From Gemmatimonadales bacterium (GTDB lineage: Bacteria; Gemmatimonadota; Gemmatimonadetes; Gemmatimonadales; GWC2-71-9), in NCBI GenBank assembly GCA_035759585.1, contig DASTUP010000187.1:36157-100156 (forward strand): DNA of 64,000 nucleotides, in the 5' to 3' direction. Every line of letters starts with the position of its first letter. Position 1 is the first letter of the stretch. The notes below the pieces were generated by a model. That model saw only the letters and a list, made by a program, of their open reading frames with translations, ran no database searches and was not told the origin of the DNA. Shown here in pieces: positions 58,912-64,000 of this stretch. The translations under genes and the position numbers were made by a program.

Positions 58912-59523
58912 CCGTTCCGCGTACGCGCGCGTCGCAACCCTGATGTCCGGAGCCGCGAGAATCCCCGAAACGACCGCAACGCCGACTCCACCCGCGGCGA
59001 GCACGTCGGGAACGTCGTCCGGCCGGACGCCGCCGATGGCGATGCACGGTCTCGCGCCCGAGCGGCTTGCCAGTTCCCGGAATCCATCGATCCCGAGCGG
59101 GGACCCGGCATCCCCTTTCGTCGCAGTCGCCGCCCAGGGGCCGATTCCCCAGTAGTCCGCGTCTCCCGCAGCGAAGGCCTCGCCCTCCGATCCGACCGAC
59201 ACTCCGATGATGGCATCCGCGCCGAGTGCGCGGCGCGCGAGCCTGGCCGGGAGATCACCCGGTCCGAGGTGGACACCCGCGGCGCCGGCAGCGGCGGCGA
59301 CGTCAGGCCGGTCATTTATCAGGAGGGGAATCGTGAGCGCGGCGACGAGCGCGCGCGCGGCTTCGACGAGCGCCCGCGGCGCCGCTTCCTTGAGTCTCAG
59401 CTGCACCGATGTCGCGCCGCCGTGCTCGGCGGCGAGGGCCAGCCCGACGAGGTCGCGCCCGCGTACCAGGCGATCGTCGGTCACGAGCATCAGCCGCACG
59501 ATGGCAGCTACATTGTTCGCCAT
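58900..59523 (-). CDS. thiE: Thiamine-phosphate synthase
   Basis: 207 aa from ATG 59523. Contains RLMLVTDD, VQLRLKE, LLINDR, GVHLGPGD, IGVSV and IAIGGV. The 3' end overlaps the mltG 3' end by 12 nt. Confidence 0.9.
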   Translation of the reverse strand: MANNVAAIVRLMLVTDDRLVRGRDLVGLALAAEHGGATSVQLRLKEAAPRALVEAARALVAALTIPLLINDRPDVAAAAGAAGVHLGPGDLPARLARRALGADAIIGVSVGSEGEAFAAGDADYWGIGPWAATATKGDAGSPLGIDGFRELASRSGARPCIAIGGVRPDDVPDVLAAGGVGVAVVSGILAAPDIRVATRAYAERLFP

Positions 59524-59565
59524 GCGGAGAATCAAGCACCGGGCGCGCGCCGAAGCCACCGGCTG

Positions 59566-60720
59566 ATGCCGATCGCGAAAGTGACCCCTCGCGGGGCGGC
59601 GCGATGGGTACGCGGCCATCCCTGGATTTACCGGAGCGACGTGCTCGAAGCGCCCGACACGCCGGGACTCGTCCGCGTGCAGGATGCGCGGGGAAAGCAC
59701 CTCGGTCAGGCGCTCCATTCGCCCCGGTCGGAAATCCGGTTGCGGCTCCTCGAGCGGAGCGAGCGTCCGGTCGATGGCGACTGGTGGCGCGCGGCCGTCG
59801 CGGCCTCGGCGGCACGCCGCCGTGGGATCGATGCCACCGCCTATCGCGTCGTGCACGGCGAGGGTGACGGACTCCCCTCGCTCGTCGTGGATCGATATGA
59901 CCGCTGGGTGGTGGTCCAGCTGCTTTCGGCTGGGCTCGAAACGATGCGCGCGGAGGTACTGGACGCCGTGCAGGCCGCGCTCCAGCCGGAAGGAATCCTG
60001 CTCAGGAACGACGTTCCCGTCCGGCGGCGCGAAGGCCTCGACGAGCGTGTCGAGCTGGCCTCGGGCAACGTGCCGGAGCGCGTGGCGGTGCGCGAGGCAG
60101 CGGTCCGCTACTTCGCCGCGCCGTGGAGCGGGCAGAAGACCGGCGCGTTCGTGGACCAGCGCCCGTCCCGCGTGCTCGCCGGTGAGCTGGCACTGCCGGG
60201 TGGCCGCTCGCTCGACTGCTTCGCCTACCATGGCTCGTTCGCACTGCACATGGCGCGCGCATCGGGCGAGGTCCTCGCGCTCGACGTGAGCGCAGATGCG
60301 CTTGCGCGCGGCGCGGAAAACGCGGAGTTGAACGGGTTCACGAACATCGAATGGCGGGAGGCGGACGCCTTCGAGGCACTGCGCGCCTTCGAGCGCGCAC
60401 GGGAGCGGTTCGATACCATCGCGCTCGACCCGCCGGCGTTTGCCAAGACGAAGCAGGCGGTGCCGCAGGCGCTGCGCGGCTATCGCGAGATCAACCTCCG
60501 GGCGATGCGGATCCTGAATCCCGGCGGCACGCTCGTGACCGCCTCATGCTCCTTCCATGTGGGGCGCGAGGCGTTCATGGCCATGCTGTCCGAAGCGGCG
60601 GGCGACAGCGGGCGCCGCATGGTGGTGCGGCATATCCTCGGGCAGGGAGAGGACCATCCGGAACTGCTGACGGTGCCCGAGACCGGCTACCTGAAGGGCG
60701 CGGTGCTCACCGCGCTCTAG
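59566..60720 (+). CDS. Class I SAM-dependent rRNA methyltransferase with PUA-like N-terminal domain (RlmI/YccW-like)
   Basis: 384 aa from ATG 59566. Contains HPWIYRSDV, GEGDGLPSLVVDRY, QKTGAFVDQR, LDCFAYHGSFAL and LDPPAF. Confidence 0.85.
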   Translation: MPIAKVTPRGAARWVRGHPWIYRSDVLEAPDTPGLVRVQDARGKHLGQALHSPRSEIRLRLLERSERPVDGDWWRAAVAASAARRRGIDATAYRVVHGEGDGLPSLVVDRYDRWVVVQLLSAGLETMRAEVLDAVQAALQPEGILLRNDVPVRRREGLDERVELASGNVPERVAVREAAVRYFAAPWSGQKTGAFVDQRPSRVLAGELALPGGRSLDCFAYHGSFALHMARASGEVLALDVSADALARGAENAELNGFTNIEWREADAFEALRAFERARERFDTIALDPPAFAKTKQAVPQALRGYREINLRAMRILNPGGTLVTASCSFHVGREAFMAMLSEAAGDSGRRMVVRHILGQGEDHPELLTVPETGYLKGAVLTAL

Positions 60721-62000
60721 GCGGTACGGCGCCGAAGCGCAAAGACGTGGCCAGGCACGGCGGGCTGGAGCACGCGCACTGTCGGGATCGGCACGACGAA
60801 CCGGCAGCCCCACGAGTGCACATGCGCCATCTGCCGCACGATTTCCTCCCGCAGGTTCCACGGAAGAATCAGGATGTAGTCCGGCCGCGTTTCGGAGATG
60901 CGCTCCGGCGCGTAGATCGGGAGGCGCGTCCCGGGGAGGAAGCGTCCCTGCTTGTGCGGGCTCCGGTCGACGACATAGTCCAGGAAGTCGTTGCGGATGC
61001 CGCAGTAGTTGAGCAGCGTATTGCCCTTGGCCGCCGCGCCGTAGGCGACGACCGACCGTCCATGCCGCCTGGCGTTGCTCAGAAACTTGAGGAGCTCGCG
61101 CTTTGCCTTCAGCACCGAGTGCTGGAAGGCGGTGTAGGTCTCGATCCGGTCGAGGCCGGCGGCGCGCTCCTTCTGGAGGACGCGTGAGACGCTCGCATCG
61201 ACTCCCCCCGCCGCCTCGCTCCTCCGGGCATGGACACGCAGCGATCCACCATGGGTCGGCAGCTCCTCGACCTCCACCACCGTCAGCGCATGCGCGGCGA
61301 AGATCCGCGAGACCGCGAGGAGCGAGAGATACGAGAAATGCTCATGATAGATGGTGTCGAATTCCGTCTCCTCCATGAGCCTGAGGAGGTGGGGAAACTC
61401 GAAGGTCGCCCGACCTTCGGGCGCCAGCACCTCGTGCACTCCGGCAACGAAGTCGTTGATGTCGGGCACGTGGGCAAGCACGTTGTTGCCGACGAGCAGG
61501 TCCGCCCGGCTCCCCGATGCGACCAGGCTCCGCGCCGTCTCCCGGCCGAAGAACCTGACCACGGTCGGGATGCCCCGGTCGATGGCCGTGCGAGCCACGT
61601 TCGCGGCCGGCTCGACGCCAAGGACGCCGACACCCTGCTGCTGAAAGAACTGCAGCAGATACCCATCGTTGCTCGCGACTTCGATGACCTGGCTCGACGC
61701 CCCGAGGCCGAGCCGGCGAATCATCGTGTCGGCGTACCGGCGCGCATGGTCCACCCAGCTGTCCGAAACGGACGAGAAGTACGCGTAGTCGCCGAAGATT
61801 GCCGCGGGAGGCGCGAACTCGCCGAGCTGCACGAGGAAACACGCCTCGCACACGTAGGCATGGAGCGGATAGAACGTCTCCCCCTGGCTCAGCTGCTCGG
61901 GGGTCAGGTAGGAGTTCGCGAGCGGCGACGTGCCGAGGTCCGCAAAGCTGTGGCGGAGAGGCGTGGCGCAAAAGCGACAACAGAGTCCCGACGCGGACAT
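60717..62000 (-). CDS. SAM-dependent C-methyltransferase of the NDP-hexose C-3 methyltransferase (TylCIII-like) type
   Basis: About 427 aa from ATG 62000 (alternatives at 62060 and 62072). Contains CRFCATPLRHSFADLGTSPLANSY...YVCEACFLVQL (Zn ribbon), VIEVASNDG, HEHFSY and GAAAKGNTLLNYCG. Confidence 0.75.
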   Translation of the reverse strand: MSASGLCCRFCATPLRHSFADLGTSPLANSYLTPEQLSQGETFYPLHAYVCEACFLVQLGEFAPPAAIFGDYAYFSSVSDSWVDHARRYADTMIRRLGLGASSQVIEVASNDGYLLQFFQQQGVGVLGVEPAANVARTAIDRGIPTVVRFFGRETARSLVASGSRADLLVGNNVLAHVPDINDFVAGVHEVLAPEGRATFEFPHLLRLMEETEFDTIYHEHFSYLSLLAVSRIFAAHALTVVEVEELPTHGGSLRVHARRSEAAGGVDASVSRVLQKERAAGLDRIETYTAFQHSVLKAKRELLKFLSNARRHGRSVVAYGAAAKGNTLLNYCGIRNDFLDYVVDRSPHKQGRFLPGTRLPIYAPERISETRPDYILILPWNLREEIVRQMAHVHSWGCRFVVPIPTVRVLQPAVPGHVFALRRRTA

Positions 62001-62148
62001 ACGGCTCCCGTTCCGCGTAAGCGCGGATCGTTCAGTGGGGAACAGGAACGGCAGATTCATGGACCTTGACACCCGGCGGAGAGCGTGCCGGGCGGACTGA
62101 CGGGCGATTCATGCAAGCGCCGGGCCGGGCCGCCCGCCTCTGTCGAAT

Positions 62149-62808
62149 TCACCCTCCGGCGTCGGGCCTGGGGTCTTCACGCTCCTCCCGCCAGAGCAGG
62201 TAGGAGTAGACGACCGAGCCGAAGGCCGTGACCGCAATCGAGATGATCATCACCCAGGAGGCCCACTCCGGCCGCAGCAGGCCGGCGAGCATCACGAGAA
62301 TGCCAGCCGAGACAAACCCGTACCCTGCCATCCGGTGCGTCTTCCGCCATACCAAATCGCTGCTGAGCGTCCAGGGAGTGCGGATGCCCATGAACCAGTT
62401 GGGGCGCATCCGCGTCATGACGTTGCCGATGAGGACGAACAGCCCGCCTATGCCGATGGCCACGACCCGCGAAAGCGGAATCGGCCAGCCGAGATTGAAT
62501 CCGATCACGCCGGTGTGGATCGCGGAGATCACGATGAGGCTGGCATTTGCGACCAGCCAGTAGGTATCGGCGTGCAGTTCGAAGTCCTTTCGCCGCGGAT
62601 CGGTGCGCGGGAGAAAGGCGAGAAGCGCCGCGATTCCGAGCCCGAGGAGCGGAAGCAGCACGACGGCAGTGGTCCGGGACGACCAGCCGTCCGGCTCGCC
62701 ATTCAGCCCCCAGTGGGTGGCGACCTGATCGGGGAGACCGGGAAGCGCCCAGAGGCCAAAGCCGAGGGCCGCGAGCGTGGCGAGCATGCCGGGGAGGAGC
62801 TTCCGCAT
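62149..62808 (-). CDS. SdpI/YhfL-family membrane protein (DUF1648 + SdpI domains)
   Basis: 219 aa from ATG 62808. Contains VATHWGLNGEPDGW and NWFMGIRTPWTLSSDLVWRKTHR. Confidence 0.8.
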   Translation of the reverse strand: MRKLLPGMLATLAALGFGLWALPGLPDQVATHWGLNGEPDGWSSRTTAVVLLPLLGLGIAALLAFLPRTDPRRKDFELHADTYWLVANASLIVISAIHTGVIGFNLGWPIPLSRVVAIGIGGLFVLIGNVMTRMRPNWFMGIRTPWTLSSDLVWRKTHRMAGYGFVSAGILVMLAGLLRPEWASWVMIISIAVTAFGSVVYSYLLWREEREDPRPDAGG

Positions 62809-62810
62809 GG

Positions 62811-63092
62811 TCAACCTCCTTTCCTGCGCCGGGTAGGGGCCATGTCGAGCAGGTGCTGCACGACGTCCTGGAAGACGGTGGTATTGAGCGAGTAGCGGAT
62901 ATGCTGCCCATCGCGCCGCGCGAGCACCAGTTGTGCTTCCTTGAGGATCTGCAGGTGGTGCGAGACCGAGGCGAAGGCAATGGGAAATTCGGCGGCGATC
63001 TCTCCCGCGGCGAGATCCCCATCCCGGAGCAGCTCGAGGATGCGCCGGCGCGTCGGATCGGCAAGGGCACGGAACGGCTTGTCCATGGACAT
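62811..63092 (-). CDS. ArsR/SmtB family regulator (SdpR-like autorepressor context)
   Basis: 93 aa. Contains FRALADPTRRRILELLRDGDLAAGEIAAEFPIAFASVSHHLQILKEAQLV. 2-nt gap to the SdpI-like gene. The promoter geometry favours the second ATG (63086). Confidence 0.85.
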   Translation of the reverse strand: MSMDKPFRALADPTRRRILELLRDGDLAAGEIAAEFPIAFASVSHHLQILKEAQLVLARRDGQHIRYSLNTTVFQDVVQHLLDMAPTRRRKGG

Positions 63093-63093
63093 T

Positions 63094-63122
63094 AAGATAT
63101 TCTTCTAAATCTCTCAAGGCAA
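63094..63122 (-). promoter_or_regulatory. Putative leaderless promoter of the arsR/sdpI-like operon
   Basis: Minus strand reads TTGCCT (63122..63117) - 17 nt - TATCTT (63099..63094). The first ATG is 1 nt away and the second ATG is 7 nt away. Confidence 0.4.
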
Positions 63123-63316
63123 GCCCGGGACGAGGCGGCATTCAAGCTCCGCCCGGGAGAGCAAAGCCGCGATCGCCTCGCGACCCCGGCGCCTTTCATC
63201 CTTTCGTACGTTCGTGTGCGACTTTTCCAGGGTCATGCGCTCGAAATGCCGCCTCGGACCCGGATCGAGCCGCATCTCCGTTGACACCGTTCGCTCCTCT
63301 TACGAACTTAGTCCGC

Positions 63317-64000
63317 ATGCCGAGCCTAGCCGACTCGACGTCCCGGAATTCCGGGATCCGCCGTGTCCTGATCGGCATTCTCATCGCGAATCTCTTCGTC
63401 GTCACGGTCAAATTCATCGTCGGCGTTGCCAGCGGCTCCCTTGCCGTCTTCGGGGATGCCATGCAGTCCGCGGTGGACGCCCTGAACAACATCGTCGGCC
63501 TCGCCATCATCGGCGTCGCTTCGAAGGGCCCTGACGCCGAGCATCCCTATGGCCATGCCAAGTTCGAGACACTCGGCGCGCTCCTCATCGTCGTCTTCCT
63601 GTCCGTTTCGATCTTCGAGCTCCTCCGCGGCGCCGTCGTGCGCCTCATCGAAGGGGCGGAGCCGCCGCGCGTGGATGCCACGTCCATCGCGCTGCTCGGG
63701 GTTACGCTCCTGGTGAACGTGATCGTAGCGGTCGGTGAATCCCGTGCCGGGCGGCGCCTCGGCAGCGAGCTCCTCCTCGCCGACGCCATGCACACCCGGA
63801 TGGACGTTTTCATTACCATCGCCGTCCTCGGCGGGCTGGGGCTCTCGCTCGCGGGGCTGGGCTGGGCCGATCCGGTCCTCGCGATGATCGTCGCGCTCTT
63901 CGTCGCGCGCGCCGGCTACATGATCGTCCGGGAGGCGATGCCGACGCTCGTCGATGAGCGGGCCTACGAGGCGACGACGATCCGGGCAGAAGCGGAACGG
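63317..64000 (+). CDS. Cation diffusion facilitator (CDF) family metal efflux transporter, 3' end outside window
   Basis: Frame is open from ATG 63317 to the window end (not in the ORF track). Hand translation gives MPSLADSTSRNSGIRRVLIGILIANLFVVTVKFIVGVASGSLAVFGDAMQSAVDALNN...HPYGHAKFETLGAL...LLADAMHTRMDV. Confidence 0.85.
   Translation, partial: MPSLADSTSRNSGIRRVLIGILIANLFVVTVKFIVGVASGSLAVFGDAMQSAVDALNNIVGLAIIGVASKGPDAEHPYGHAKFETLGALLIVVFLSVSIFELLRGAVVRLIEGAEPPRVDATSIALLGVTLLVNVIVAVGESRAGRRLGSELLLADAMHTRMDVFITIAVLGGLGLSLAGLGWADPVLAMIVALFVARAGYMIVREAMPTLVDERAYEATTIRAEAER

Overview
GC-rich bacterial chromosomal segment. Third codon positions are overwhelmingly G/C, which produces many long spurious antisense or out-of-frame ORFs. 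I call 61 protein-coding genes, one tRNA-Arg(CCG), and several promoter, operator and hairpin elements. I see no rRNA, CRISPR array, transposase or integrase. Gene starts were re-derived from the ORF track by trimming Arg/Pro-rich N-terminal extensions back to starts that have an SD, a promoter, or a start/stop overlap. Housekeeping genes are acnA, rho, ruvX, mltG, thiE and an RlmI-like methyltransferase. Accessory blocks: (i) a MarR - YceI - two ring-cleaving dioxygenase operon with a palindromic operator (2.6-5.7 kb). (ii) A tRNA-flanked metal block with lower GC3: three exported unknown proteins followed by a CopB-type (CPH, His-rich) P1B ATPase (10.7-15.3 kb). (iii) An unknown - TraR/DksA - tandem-USP operon preceded by a roughly 400-nt structured non-coding region that has its own promoter and an intrinsic terminator (17.5-19.9 kb). 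(iv) A 16.6-kb uninterrupted minus-strand array (38159 down to 21576). Its upstream part is a 9-gene, start/stop-overlapped enzyme operon that I cannot map to a known pathway: family-5 SBP, GHMP kinase, heparinase II/III-like protein with a CBM9-like tail, HemL-like aminotransferase, two amidohydrolases, DapA-like aldolase, DHOD-like flavoenzyme and an OSBS/epimerase-like enolase. This part is followed by two paralogous cation/proton antiporters and a hybrid histidine kinase. It is flanked by divergent Dpp-type permeases with no ATPase genes and by a GH38 mannosidase. (v) A MoxR - DUF58 - DUF4350 - DUF4129 - membrane protein operon with a divergent RDD/SpoIIM fusion (47.4-54.2 kb), next to a 61-aa stand-alone histidine-kinase DHp (H-box) mini-protein. 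Several genes have a -10 element 5-8 nt from the start codon, which suggests frequent leaderless transcription. All functional calls rest on my recognition of motifs in the translations; no database search was run.
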